IMG/VR virus record: IMGVR_UViG_3300035670_000214
Location: 1-61,427 of that record
Direction: 5' to 3' (one strand)
From: a virus
Taxonomy: Duplodnaviria > Caudoviricetes
DNA length: 61,427 bases
Below are positions 27,801 to 37,070 of this stretch, piece by piece (position 1 is the first letter of the stretch; each line of letters opens with the position of its first letter). The position numbers and the translations under genes are program-made. Below the pieces are notes generated by a model. It was not told the DNA's origin. It was given only the letters and a program-made list of their open reading frames with translations, and ran no database searches.

Positions 27801-28110
27801 CCGACCAGAAGATAAGGATAGCGAGGTAGTCGTGGAGGCATCCATCGACCTCATCGACAACTGGGAGACCTTGGACCAAGCCGTGGTCAGTAAGCAACGG
27901 GTGGTCGGCAACATTAATAACAGGGCTACCCAAGACTTAGCAGTGATACAGTACATGAGCAATAAGCGCAAGGGTGTTTACTATCAGTTACGGGTAAGTA
28001 ACGGGAAGCTGGACCAGGGTATGCAGCTTAATGGAGCTAGCATGATGGTAGCAGGACTCGGGTCCGAGGGTATCATACAGGCTAAAGAGACAGGTACTGG
28101 TCGAAGCTAG
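21883..28110 (+). CDS. Giant tail nozzle / stabilisation protein (tubular B or P22 gp10-like) with large insertions
   Basis: N-terminal FGGGID...DNVDPTPNGSLVKRTG and C-terminal GCTAPYSI...GIMFANQSGIYR...VLVYN propeller motifs; 2075 aa. Confidence 0.75.
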   Translation: MATRYQDISYGSFGGGIDQLSPESKIPDDFVELLDNVDPTPNGSLVKRTGTQLFGSVPVRVERIEYIRVGSPGDYSGELCFFLDTSVDVISLRSTPIYVYGRTSEGQAAGDFTSVSSGKYYPKFTTDVRQSVLESDGISEQTTTILLEGNTHDQGSLLAFGLFQSISSTNLGNQVIVPTSVKVDKLSADVTAEVTTGLTSDESTVIFDTFAVAKSRAFDPGTSYVYTASLATAASFPNPVTVSIAAGTHNLTSFNILADCYLDNGTEYERIVPDSYVITPAGSVELSFSYYQNFNLVACLYAAPSSQSKMQLVESGEINETIIVDYPDTPFLFYQLFAEQLDGSRVAFYGSANLDTVNAAAASAVLDVRLLPGATSDYRSTFYVTNQSGTDLTTLTVWDYGRLVSNKLCVEASDPVIDTFAISIPGSEHKLGEFVATTLLQSTNPTNQNNLLIQYDEASTAVVDDTVTINLANNTTSQFTAYAILADRSIMSGAYHHPATLVAGGTTQTISIPASTHNKGADVNLSLFRVVPGTGATTSYEELPVTDLTISSTGNITLLVENTGTSEYYVIPVVYSVTNTATSGSIASGTTGTLSISSLTNPFAFIHVYQISGTDRIRITPDRVSVNSILGTGSIQVTNNTGSALTYKALWDYADYTSEEVVPITSSSGTGYRDNNPQMTIWGLPHRQLYSGATGSTPGYVTHVDVYRAQAEERPVCGLGGNLYNAIDFSEAPASYGMGEYYPNLRARVDTPVVVGPAFINTTDSDTSRTQGVIRFTTAGNNLAAIVRSVYQQGTEAYPDYSSSSTYTTGAIVRFNASYYQALMSVPAGQAPSNTAYWEEVFEGHVTYRLYVPNLTVIGSLSQIFNSSEFLTVSGMGYSINNGEFNVISAALVPSSDYLDVTVYNPELDTADWNEASSDGRAGIFTDRIPLEVTCPFFENDRLLSASWGEEQLLTVTGTSAGNEVRMDGLYENVSIPDGLLLVGSRTSRIIPLRSLNAIPTTQNLVAGDILSFTNLSRELRAKFVNPRADEVVSISSNLSYTLDDNPPVRVNVADSNLFQVGQRILLLNAGQFTGEQLIEEIISPTQVQLVVKAYTPALGGCVIFGYNVEVDEDFPWFDSLTSTISFTVTRRWWPIEEPDNDYLQLPPNRYRYFNSAAYDNQPFLRSTMVQDTMYLTNGLDAVQRYDGQNLTRAGLFRWQAGLYLTLDTTTVGKVVPNTYQIDNAKIGSVGSNFFNVDKYLDKHFAIGDVIRYTNVTSGVTVTRDLTITKTWEGNTESVIEVDTDGVALLTSGTKTLNKVSTYSYYYRLNMIDVNGNIIASAVTNAQDARIDIAQAAAIKHLLVRPPFLDNFDFARIEIQVYRTKANLTGPYYLVATLQPNWNIGGEAYLEFTDTAADNTLASTNLDPVNATLLGQELGQTWSGPLRSKYLTSNSNSLVLANFRSWPSLSLRPQRLAEIEKTELADYAGRKLLILKDSTDIGLTTDNLNRMQFEFLSSGAHTISLSGAAIDYDTNELTITNASHGLVEGNWIYLFFTNSGPTSIDPRVGGHYQVSSVVDTNSFRIQLSNTLLDSINTYPLNGQDVNRYVHATNANDVPVWIGSDLLYSTKAGLKQASVDPSTFVFLRLANAINSAQAACNTQDFVPWMVANAGGEWRDNRIVIETPYVTDSRLAAILPSFDNLIIYANELRVNAGSTVLAEVQVFPSRILVSYPNYPEIFDAPLAFLDTDSESAIDINPSDGQEITGVIPFFGESAFGAAQKDSILLVFKTASVYLVNIAAKRAGQPCVQRLDTRGLGCTAPYSIAPTQNGIMFANQSGIYRITTNLQCQYIGRRVERIWKEEVDLNQLDLQLHGHYYPLGHQYKLSVPYRDDERDYSQRVLVYNTVREYTADGYRDGSWTSYSNLPAIGWANMLRQPLFATPNGEVFTLRMTGDSTDYRDDGSPIEAVATLRAMDFGSASIRKAVASFNMQFRPEDKDSEVVVEASIDLIDNWETLDQAVVSKQRVVGNINNRATQDLAVIQYMSNKRKGVYYQLRVSNGKLDQGMQLNGASMMVAGLGSEGIIQAKETGTGRS

Positions 28111-28267
28111 CTTAGGTCAAGTACTTTTATTAGTAGGAATATTTAGAAAGTGCTTGACAAGGCTTCGCCTAGCATGAGATAGTTCTTGTACCCCCCTATC
28201 AGTCTGGGGACTCTGAGGTTCTTCCGAAGAGTCTCCTTACTGTAGGCCCTAGCTACTGGTACTGTAC

Positions 28268-28297
28268 TTGCTTTTACACTTACACCTGTGCTATACT
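28268..28297 (+). promoter_or_regulatory. Promoter for the ejection-protein genes
   Basis: TTGCTT-N18-TATACT with an extended -10 (TGTGc); a second TTGACA at 28154. Confidence 0.55.
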
Positions 28298-28313
28298 ACC
28301 TCAGGGGTGATTT

Positions 28314-30677
28314 ATGGCCGATTTGGTCAATACTATCAAACGAAATAGTCAGTTATTGAAGCGTGGCTCGCAACTGTTCGAGGCCGCGCCAGAGTCGTTA
28401 TATCAACAGGTGTCTAAGCAGGGCTTAGCTCCAGGGGCTGTTGTCTCTCCTCAAGCTGCTGCAGATACTGGACTTACACCTGACCAAGCCAAAATGGCCG
28501 GGTCTGGTGCTCAGGTACAGAAAGCTATCAGGGAGTCGGTAGAACCTACTCGCCAGGCACCTACTAGTTTATTCGCTAGAACCCAAGCTAGTGCTCAAGA
28601 GCAACAGAGAATGGCTAAAGCTCAGCAGTTGCAAGGACTTGAGGCCCTTGGCGGTCGTATATCTGGCCTGGTAAATAGCTACATGCAAGAAGCTAGCGCT
28701 AAGGCTGCTGGTGCTCAAGCTAAGGCTGATGAAGCTAAGATAAAAAATGACTTGCCTAACGCTACCCCAGAGCAGGTAGCTAAGATTAAGAGTGCTATAG
28801 AGACCGGTACCATAGACGCCGAACTCTGGTCACTATTCCCACAAGCTAAGAGTGCGGATGAACTGACCACGGCTCTTAAGCTCTACACTAAAGCTGCTAA
28901 AGAGGTGGTGACTGAGACCATAAAGAATACCTTTGGTCCTGATGTTACCCTTGCTCAGTTAAAACCTAACGACTTCGCTGCCCTTGGTCTTCAAGGTCTT
29001 GGTGATATCGCTACCATGCTTGGCATGGAAGAGGATAAACTAAGAGACCTTACCATAGACCAGTTCCAGGCTAAAGTAAATGAGCTAGTATCCGGTGACT
29101 TTGACCGGGTACAGGAGCTGATGGCTATAGCTAACGACGCCTTCTACCCCGCTAACCTTAGAGAGCAGGCTAAAGCTGAGCTGCGCGACCTCTCCTCCGT
29201 AGGAGTTCAGGCTAGTGAGCAGCAGGTTGCTCAACTGAACGAGGCTATACAATCAGCTGACACCATTACGGTTGGTGATGAACAGATGACAGTAGCTGAA
29301 CTACTAGCTGACGATGGTATCAGTAGCGTGATAGCTAGCTACCTAGATGATACTACGGGTGAATACAGGAAGCTCCTGGAAGAGCAGTACCCTGACCTAG
29401 TTGCCTTCATCAATAAGAATCAGGACGCGCTTAAAGCTGCGACCGCGAAGCTATCAGACGCGGCTAAGGCTAGCGCTAATATACAGCAATCTAACGCTAA
29501 ACTAGAGTATTCAGCTGACGGTAACGTCAAGATGACTGACTTCAATAAATTGGCGTTCGGGGCAGAGTACGACCCTACCAAGCCGTCGAATACTGATTGG
29601 GCTAGTAAAAAGACCGAAGCTCACAAGATACTGGACCCAGAGACTAAAGAGTTCTCGGCTGAAGACAAGTCAGCTTACGCTCAGTTCCTAAATGACATGG
29701 CTAAGATAGCGCCTGATGTATTGCGTAATGAGTTCCTCAACCTCAATGCAGCTGGATTACGTGCTAAATTACCTCCAGGCCAGTCGCTCGCTACTTACGT
29801 AAATAACCTAAAAGGGTACTACACTAACGTTAAAAATCTAGACCCAGCTTCAGGTCTGTCAAATGAAGCTGCCATATCCCAAGCCTTAGGCGGGGAAGCC
29901 AACCTCCAGACTATGGTCAATACCTATAAGCAACTAGCTCTATTCCGTGAGATGGGATTCGGAGACATACCTGACAAGCTAAAGCCTGTAATGGCTATAC
30001 TAGATACAGCTATGGCTGATGGTACGTTAGACCCCAACGAACTAGCGGGGGTTCGCGTCAATTTGGCACAGTACCTTAAGTCTGGGTATAGTGTCAATGA
30101 CGGAAAGTCACTGTATGATTTAGTACGAGATGCTGGCAACAGTTTGACCACTGATACTTACAGGGTGCTATGGTCTAAAGTAAAAGATGGCGAAATTACT
30201 GCTGAAGAAGCAGCTGATTTAGCTGGCACCAATAGTATAAATGAAATATCTAGATTATACGACAAGCTAAATGCCAAGGGACTTATTGTAACAGGCGATG
30301 TCGCAGGTACCCTTAGTCCGGCTATAGAAGCTAACATTAGAACTAAACTGAAGGATAGCGGAGTTAATCCAGATTTAGCCTTTATAACTCCAGATAAACA
30401 AGAGGAGTACTTAAATACTCTGGTTAATCCCAATCAGTATTTGACTAGTTGGTCTAACCTGATTAGGTTACAACAGGAATTAGATAGAAATAAAGGAATT
30501 ATTGCTAACTATGGAGCAGGTTCTCCTGGTCAAGGCAAGCAAGCTTCTGATAAACTAATAGCAGGATTGGATGCTTTTGCAGATAAAATCAGACAGAGAA
30601 TTGAAACTTTAAATCGTGCTAGAGAAGCTGAATCAGATGAAAATATAGCAGCTATAAATGCTCTGGAAGGTAGATAA
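28314..30677 (+). CDS. Internal virion (ejection) protein
   Basis: 787 aa, helical, Ala/Gln-rich, follows the nozzle gene as in podoviruses. Confidence 0.6.
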   Translation: MADLVNTIKRNSQLLKRGSQLFEAAPESLYQQVSKQGLAPGAVVSPQAAADTGLTPDQAKMAGSGAQVQKAIRESVEPTRQAPTSLFARTQASAQEQQRMAKAQQLQGLEALGGRISGLVNSYMQEASAKAAGAQAKADEAKIKNDLPNATPEQVAKIKSAIETGTIDAELWSLFPQAKSADELTTALKLYTKAAKEVVTETIKNTFGPDVTLAQLKPNDFAALGLQGLGDIATMLGMEEDKLRDLTIDQFQAKVNELVSGDFDRVQELMAIANDAFYPANLREQAKAELRDLSSVGVQASEQQVAQLNEAIQSADTITVGDEQMTVAELLADDGISSVIASYLDDTTGEYRKLLEEQYPDLVAFINKNQDALKAATAKLSDAAKASANIQQSNAKLEYSADGNVKMTDFNKLAFGAEYDPTKPSNTDWASKKTEAHKILDPETKEFSAEDKSAYAQFLNDMAKIAPDVLRNEFLNLNAAGLRAKLPPGQSLATYVNNLKGYYTNVKNLDPASGLSNEAAISQALGGEANLQTMVNTYKQLALFREMGFGDIPDKLKPVMAILDTAMADGTLDPNELAGVRVNLAQYLKSGYSVNDGKSLYDLVRDAGNSLTTDTYRVLWSKVKDGEITAEEAADLAGTNSINEISRLYDKLNAKGLIVTGDVAGTLSPAIEANIRTKLKDSGVNPDLAFITPDKQEEYLNTLVNPNQYLTSWSNLIRLQQELDRNKGIIANYGAGSPGQGKQASDKLIAGLDAFADKIRQRIETLNRAREAESDENIAAINALEGR

Positions 30678-30678
30678 T

Positions 30679-31584
30679 ATGGCTGAGCAAGTACCTAAAA
30701 CACCGGCACAAGGACCTAGTCTGTTCTCACAGATACAGCAGAACCTATCCAAACTAGCGCAACCAGCGCAAGCTCCTGGTCAGGTTACCGGACAGACCGA
30801 GGCATTAAGCCGTATATCTCAAGCTGCATCTGGTAAGGCTGTACCTGGAGCCGGTATGGGTGCCGGTCCTGCCCGTAGCACTCAAGCCGAACTAGCCGTC
30901 GTTGACCAGGTTAAGCGTGGTCAAGACGAGCTATTCAAGCAGAATCAGATACAACAGTTAGCCTTGGCTCAGGAACAGAAATCCATTCAAGACCAGGCTG
31001 AGTTCAAGAACCGCCTACTGTCAGAAGACCAACTGGCTACCAGAGATAAGTACTTGACTACCCAAGAACGGATACTGAACGAATACTCCAACAATCAAAG
31101 ACAGTTGGACCTGAATAAAGATAAAGCTAGACTGGAACAGTTAGGCTTTAGCATGCGCCTCAGCAATGATAAGTACTTGCAGGAATTAGACAGACAAGCT
31201 AGAATGGCTAATCTCTCGGATGCGGTAGCCTTCGAGGAGGAAATGTACCGCAGCATCTTCGCTGACGAGGAGGAGCTGTTCCGGGATAATCTAGACTTTA
31301 GAGCGCTGATGGCAGCTGACGAACGTACATTCCGGGACGAGATGTCCCAGATTAGTCTAGACATGGCACTAGACCTAGCAAGGGCCGAGAATAAGGCCCT
31401 GTCTCAGAAGCAAATGTGGGATGGTATAGGCGGACTAGCCCAAGCAGGGGCGTATGGCTATGCTACTTTTGGCGGACCTAGTCCTACTACTACCACAGGC
31501 TATAATGTAGGAGAAGGACCTGAGGCCCTTTCGTACGGTGAGACTCAACAGATGTCGCCTTGGGGCGGTGGAGGCCCCAGATAA
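30679..31584 (+). CDS. Internal virion (ejection) protein
   Basis: Gln-rich coiled coil with a Gly-rich hydrophobic C-terminal patch; ATG 30679 follows the upstream stop. Confidence 0.6.
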   Translation: MAEQVPKTPAQGPSLFSQIQQNLSKLAQPAQAPGQVTGQTEALSRISQAASGKAVPGAGMGAGPARSTQAELAVVDQVKRGQDELFKQNQIQQLALAQEQKSIQDQAEFKNRLLSEDQLATRDKYLTTQERILNEYSNNQRQLDLNKDKARLEQLGFSMRLSNDKYLQELDRQARMANLSDAVAFEEEMYRSIFADEEELFRDNLDFRALMAADERTFRDEMSQISLDMALDLARAENKALSQKQMWDGIGGLAQAGAYGYATFGGPSPTTTTGYNVGEGPEALSYGETQQMSPWGGGGPR

Positions 31585-32453
31585 TGGCTAGTCCTAATCA
31601 ATCAATCTTTCGTAACCTAGCTGGTCAGATGCCTGGACAGAATCAACAGGTAGTTACTGGCCTTCAAGAGGCTGCCAAGTCTCAGATGCTAGGTCAAATT
31701 GGCGCACAGGGTCCTATGGGTCAGCCTATGGGTGTACGTCAAGTGCAGCAGGCTGGAGCACAAGCTACGGCTATGCAAGCTCAACCTCTGCTTCAGGTAC
31801 AGGAACAGGCTCAGAAGCAAGCTGCACAGCTAGGCCAGATGGCACTTAAGGAAGAAGCTAATCTAGCTCAGGCTAAGTTGCAAGAGCGGCAGCTAAACCA
31901 GACTAAGCAGCAGCGTATGTTCGAGTCTCAACTTAATCAATTGAATAGCGGACTTAAGCAACGCCTGCTAGATGACCAGATGACTTTCCAAAAAGATGAA
32001 CTGGGAAGAACCTTCTTTAATGAACGACAGCTGCTAGATTATAAGCTAGCTAACGCTAAATCAAATATCGAACTACGCGACTTCGAGCAGAAGATGCGCC
32101 AAGCTAGTCAACGTAAGTTACAGTTACTTAAGGCTGCTCAGGCTAAGATTAATCAGGAACTGTCCCAGACCTTCGCTCAAGGTCAGCAGGAGCTTGACCA
32201 AGCACAGACTAAACGATTAGCAGAAGCTAAAAGGGCCATGGACGAGAAGATAAGACGGGAACAAGCTAAGGCTAGGAATAGAGGTTCCATGTTCTCGGCT
32301 ATTGGTACACTCGCTGGCATGGCTGTTGGCGCAGCACTTGTTGCGACTGGAGTAGGGGCCCCTGCTGGTGCAACTATACTTGCCGGAACTATGGCAGGCG
32401 GTGCAGCTGGTGGCGGCGTAGGTAACATATTAGCAGGAACAACGAAGATATAA
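31584..32453 (+). CDS. Internal virion / DNA pilot protein
   Basis: Gln-rich coiled coil ending in a glycine-zipper membrane hairpin (IGTLAGMAVGAALVATGVGAPAG). Confidence 0.65.
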   Translation: MASPNQSIFRNLAGQMPGQNQQVVTGLQEAAKSQMLGQIGAQGPMGQPMGVRQVQQAGAQATAMQAQPLLQVQEQAQKQAAQLGQMALKEEANLAQAKLQERQLNQTKQQRMFESQLNQLNSGLKQRLLDDQMTFQKDELGRTFFNERQLLDYKLANAKSNIELRDFEQKMRQASQRKLQLLKAAQAKINQELSQTFAQGQQELDQAQTKRLAEAKRAMDEKIRREQAKARNRGSMFSAIGTLAGMAVGAALVATGVGAPAGATILAGTMAGGAAGGGVGNILAGTTKI

Positions 32454-32462
32454 GGTATTAAT

Positions 32463-33914
32463 ATGGATATCACACAAGAGTTAGCTAAGAAATTAGGTAT
32501 AAGTGAGGAAATGGCTGCAGAGCAATTGCAGCGCGACCCTAGTCTAGCTAGTTTAATCACCGGACAGGCTGTACCTAAAGCTATACCAACGCAAGCTTCT
32601 GCAACCGCCCTTGACGAGGAAGCACAGGCTAAGCAAAGGGGGTTCTCTACCTTACAGGAATTAATTAAAAATAGCGAGCCGGGTCTATCTCCTTCTGCTA
32701 AATTAGCAGAGAGAATGCCTAATCTATCTCCAGAAGCAAGGACTGGATTATTAGCACAAAAATATAGCCTATCCGAAATGGCTGAACCAGAAAAACCTAG
32801 CCCATCCAATCTATTGGATTCGTTTAAGCAAGCTACTGAAATGAAGGAAACCAGGTTACCAGAGCCCGCTATAGTTACAGCTCAGGCTGAGGCTCCTAAA
32901 TTAGCGGAAGCTCCTGGTTTAGTAGAGACTAAACCTAAACCAAAGAAAGAGGAATTTCCTCCACCGGTAAAGAAACCTACACTTCAAGAGCGAATTGCTG
33001 GTGAGATGGCAGGTTTACGCACCGAACGAGAGACGGCTAAAGCAGAGAGACAGGAGCAGCTGCGTCGAGCTGACATAGGTGAATTAGCCTCGCTGATAGG
33101 TAGAAGTCTGGCCCAGATTGGAGCTGCAGCTCAGGGTATGAGAACAGGCGTTGACATGTCTGGTGTTGCTCAACAAGCTATGGTAAACTGGGATAAGAAG
33201 CGGGAGCAGATATACGACAGCTACGCTCAGCAGATAAAGGAACTGGACACTCAGCAGTCTCAATTGATACGTCAGTCTGAACGCCTTGAAGATAAACAGG
33301 AAAGAGACGACGCTAGAAGGGCCGCAGCTAAACTCCGACGAGAAGAGTTGAATTTGCGCGAATCGCAATTTCAAAAACAAGAAGCTTTAAAGAGAAGTGT
33401 AGCTTTACTGAACGCCAAAGTAAAAGGTGATAAAGAAGAGCAAGCAAGGATTCAAAAAGAAGTTGACGATAAACTAAAAGAATTTGAAACACAATATAAA
33501 GACGCAGCAGACTTAGAAGGACTTATTAGTGAATTAGATGTAGCCGACTCTAAGACTAAGAAGAAAGTAGAAGCTCAGATACAGAATAAGGCTGCTATAA
33601 TATTTGGCAAGGAAGGCATACCACAGGAAGAAGGTTGGTTCAGTTCTGGTACTAATATGGATGAGCTATTAAAGTTGACACAGAGTAGGCGAGCATCTTT
33701 AGGTCAAGATATAGATTTACAGAAACAAATACTGTACGGGACAAGAGGACAGGCTGTTCCAGCTCAGGCTCCTGCCCCGACTCCTACCCAGACACCTCCT
33801 TCTGGAAAAGTCTTAAGTTCAGCTAAAGTAAAAGAAGTAGCTCAAAGGGATGGAGTACCCGAAGATGAGGCCAGAAGAAAGCTACAGAAACTAGGCTACA
33901 CTATAAGAGATTAA
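32463..33914 (+). CDS. Internal virion (ejection) protein
   Basis: Charged coiled coils with an LIGRSLAQIGAA amphipathic segment; operon context. Confidence 0.6.
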   Translation: MDITQELAKKLGISEEMAAEQLQRDPSLASLITGQAVPKAIPTQASATALDEEAQAKQRGFSTLQELIKNSEPGLSPSAKLAERMPNLSPEARTGLLAQKYSLSEMAEPEKPSPSNLLDSFKQATEMKETRLPEPAIVTAQAEAPKLAEAPGLVETKPKPKKEEFPPPVKKPTLQERIAGEMAGLRTERETAKAERQEQLRRADIGELASLIGRSLAQIGAAAQGMRTGVDMSGVAQQAMVNWDKKREQIYDSYAQQIKELDTQQSQLIRQSERLEDKQERDDARRAAAKLRREELNLRESQFQKQEALKRSVALLNAKVKGDKEEQARIQKEVDDKLKEFETQYKDAADLEGLISELDVADSKTKKKVEAQIQNKAAIIFGKEGIPQEEGWFSSGTNMDELLKLTQSRRASLGQDIDLQKQILYGTRGQAVPAQAPAPTPTQTPPSGKVLSSAKVKEVAQRDGVPEDEARRKLQKLGYTIRD

Positions 33915-33917
33915 GTA

Positions 33918-36900
33918 ATGGCTAGCAATATACTAGACGAAATACCGGACCTTAAGACCGTTGGTGAAGCTGACGAACTCTCTGCAATTCCTGACCTAAA
34001 GACAGTGAATGAGGAAGAGCTAGCTGCTATTCCTAATCTAAAGGAAATACCAGATGAGCCAGAAAAGGGTGGTATATTTGAAGGTAAGGATATCACCCAA
34101 GCAGAGATACAGGATATAGCTAGTCGTAACCAGACTGACCCAGAACTATTAAAGATGTTCGCACCTTACCTAGGCCGTAGCGTAGAGGGTGAGAAGGGTG
34201 CGGTTACCACCGCTCGTAGGACCATAGGGTTTGTATCCGAAGCACTTGGCGGTCTTCCTACCTGGGTAGCTAAAAAAGCACAGGACCCTAATGTAGAGAA
34301 AGCGATTGACGAGCTTAACGAACTAACTGAGAGAAAGAAATCTTACGCTCAAAAGGGAACCGAAATAGCGGCAGGACTAGTTACGCCTACAGCTATGGTA
34401 GCCCAGACTGGAAGTAGAGCAGCGTTAGCTGGTGCCGGTGCGTTAGAGAGTGCAGGCTTTGCCTTAGGTGAATCTAAGTCTGGAGAAGAATTAAAGCAGG
34501 CTGCTATGGGGGCGGGTATCGGTGCTATTGCTGGTACGGTATTAGCTCCATTGATATTACGTGGTGGCAAAGCTGGTAAGCTAGCTGCAGAGGAACCCCT
34601 TAGCCCAACTGGAATAGATGAATTAAAGCAAATAGCTACACCTGATACCGTCAAGATATTAGATACGGTGGAGCAGGAAGTAGCTGGCAAGGTACCTGGA
34701 TGGGAAAGGGAATTGTCTGAACTACTTGCCTTAGTGGAAGATACCCCTAAGACTATTGGACCAGCTGACATTGATGACCTTAAAGGTAAAATGCCGGATG
34801 AACTGAAAGAACTTTTACTTGACTTTTCCGATAAGTTAGGTGGACCTAGGACATTTGATGGCGCTATCAATAAGGTTAGGGAGTTAAAAGCGACCTTAGC
34901 ACCGGAAGACCTTCAGAAGGCTTATACCCGTTGGCGTACCATTAAGACGGTAGGTGACGACCTTGAGAAGCTAGCAGTAAATGAACCAAGAATAGCCACG
35001 GAGCTAAGGGCAATAAAGGATTTCTTTATAGACTTCTCTTCTGTAGCTAGAGATATGGACAGGCGTTTAGGTATCGACGTCAGCGGAACCCTGCTAGAGG
35101 CTACAAAGCGCACCAATCTCTACCAGGTAGCTCTGAGGGATTACCTTAAAGGTAAATTAAATCTTAACTCTAGCTATGAGAAGCTAGCTCCAGAACTTCA
35201 GACCGAAGTAGCTGACGCCCTTGATGGTGTAGGTGCCTATGCCAATATGACGCGTGAGCAAATAGCACAGGCTATACCTGATGCCGCTAAGGATAATTAC
35301 CTAGGCTGGCGTAAGTTCTTCGACGATGCCGCTACTAAGGTAAAAACTGACTACAAGCTGCCGCTTGAGACTAGGGCTAACTATTTACCGCACCAAATGA
35401 TGGATATGCCTAGGGTAATAGTAGCTATAGAGAAGAAGATAGAAGAGGCCGCAAAGGGACTAAAGATAAATCCCTTGAGTCTACCAGCTAATTACGACCT
35501 AAGTCAGGTGCAGCGTGGTACTCCTTTGGATGAACTAGTAAGGGCTATACATTACCTTACTGGTAAGGAGCCTACTAACGGGGCCGAGTTATCGGCTCAA
35601 CTAAAACAGGCGATACAACCAGGTGGTTCAGTCTATGCAGATGAGATAAAGGCGTCAGCCCTATTACAACGTACCAACCTCATGCCTAAATTCATACAAG
35701 AGAGGGATGTAAGGAAACTGAGTACTAAATGGGGTCAACAAGTGTACCGTTACGCTAACCTAAAGAATAGCTTAGCTGACCTTAGGTATCAAGCTGAACT
35801 ATTACGAAAGTCAGGTAACGTAGATGATGCTATAAAGTTAGAACGGTTACACGATGAATTCTTAGGTCAAGCTAGATTCCTAGCTAAGACCACAAGACAG
35901 GCAGCTGTCTGGTTTCAGACCAGGGCTCTGCGTCTAGCTGAAAGACAGGAAGAGGGCGCTATAAAAGGATTCTATAACTTCTTAGCTGAATCTCCCGATA
36001 TGTTCCAGAATATGGTACTTAACGTATACCCTAACTTTCTGGGTGCATCGCCTAGAGCTGCTATACAGAACCTTACTGGCGGGCTCTACATGATGATACC
36101 AGAACTTGGGTTTATATATGGAACACGGGCTGTAGTACCTGCCTACCTTAAAGCCCTGGCTAATGTAGGTAAGGAGTCATACAGAGAACAATTAGAGCGG
36201 GCTGGATTTTTAGCGCCGCAATGGACTACGGAGTTAAGGGAAGCTATACGTACTGGCAGACCGCCTGGGTTAGTAGGTCAAAGTGCAGAGAAACTATCCA
36301 ACGCAGTTATGTGGATGTTTGAATTCAGTGAACGTATCAACCGAGCAGTAGCTTACGAGACTGGTAAGTTCTTAGCTAAGGACGCAGCAGCTGGAGATAA
36401 GCTTGCTCTTAAGTACCTGAATACTATGCCGGAGCGTATACGAAAAGACACCTTGAAATATCTAGCTAAAAAGGATGACGAAAAGAGTCTTGAAAAAGCA
36501 CAGGACCTTATAACCAGATACCTCGCTGACCGTACACTCTTCAGCTACAACCGTATAACCAGTAGCGAATTATCCAGGGCTATAGGTCCGCTCTTCAGTA
36601 TGTTTAGCAAGTACCCATCTGCAATCAGTGGAAGGATAGCCGATATATTCCAAGAGCGAGGAGCTGTAAAAGGTGGCGCTGAATTTCTTAGATTCTTTGT
36701 TGCTCCCTTAATGGCCGGAGTAGGTATAAACGCCATATTGACTCAGCCAGGTTCTAATCTTGAGACCTGGTTATTTGGAGAACCTAAATCTCCAGACGCT
36801 TCTATCTGGGCACGTGGAGCTACTTCAAGTTCTCCCATATTTGCAGTAAAGAGTATACTAGAGGGTAGACAGTTTCAGCCACCCCTTGTAGCTACGGCAA

Positions 36901-37070
36901 AGGAGCTTACTATGGGCGGGTTTGAATTATTTGAGGGAGACCCGGACCGTCTAGGTAGAGCTATGAGAAATGCAGCTAGGGCTTTTACTCCCGGAGGAGC
37001 ACAGGCAATAGTCAGTCTAACAGAACAACTGTCAGGTAAAGATATACCAATATTAGGAAAGGAAGAGTAA
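33918..37070 (+). CDS. Large internal virion (ejection) protein
   Basis: 1050 aa helical; glycine zipper; C-terminal ERINRAVAY...LFSY...PLFSMFSKYP pattern typical of large podovirus ejection proteins. Confidence 0.7.
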   Translation: MASNILDEIPDLKTVGEADELSAIPDLKTVNEEELAAIPNLKEIPDEPEKGGIFEGKDITQAEIQDIASRNQTDPELLKMFAPYLGRSVEGEKGAVTTARRTIGFVSEALGGLPTWVAKKAQDPNVEKAIDELNELTERKKSYAQKGTEIAAGLVTPTAMVAQTGSRAALAGAGALESAGFALGESKSGEELKQAAMGAGIGAIAGTVLAPLILRGGKAGKLAAEEPLSPTGIDELKQIATPDTVKILDTVEQEVAGKVPGWERELSELLALVEDTPKTIGPADIDDLKGKMPDELKELLLDFSDKLGGPRTFDGAINKVRELKATLAPEDLQKAYTRWRTIKTVGDDLEKLAVNEPRIATELRAIKDFFIDFSSVARDMDRRLGIDVSGTLLEATKRTNLYQVALRDYLKGKLNLNSSYEKLAPELQTEVADALDGVGAYANMTREQIAQAIPDAAKDNYLGWRKFFDDAATKVKTDYKLPLETRANYLPHQMMDMPRVIVAIEKKIEEAAKGLKINPLSLPANYDLSQVQRGTPLDELVRAIHYLTGKEPTNGAELSAQLKQAIQPGGSVYADEIKASALLQRTNLMPKFIQERDVRKLSTKWGQQVYRYANLKNSLADLRYQAELLRKSGNVDDAIKLERLHDEFLGQARFLAKTTRQAAVWFQTRALRLAERQEEGAIKGFYNFLAESPDMFQNMVLNVYPNFLGASPRAAIQNLTGGLYMMIPELGFIYGTRAVVPAYLKALANVGKESYREQLERAGFLAPQWTTELREAIRTGRPPGLVGQSAEKLSNAVMWMFEFSERINRAVAYETGKFLAKDAAAGDKLALKYLNTMPERIRKDTLKYLAKKDDEKSLEKAQDLITRYLADRTLFSYNRITSSELSRAIGPLFSMFSKYPSAISGRIADIFQERGAVKGGAEFLRFFVAPLMAGVGINAILTQPGSNLETWLFGEPKSPDASIWARGATSSSPIFAVKSILEGRQFQPPLVATAKELTMGGFELFEGDPDRLGRAMRNAARAFTPGGAQAIVSLTEQLSGKDIPILGKEE

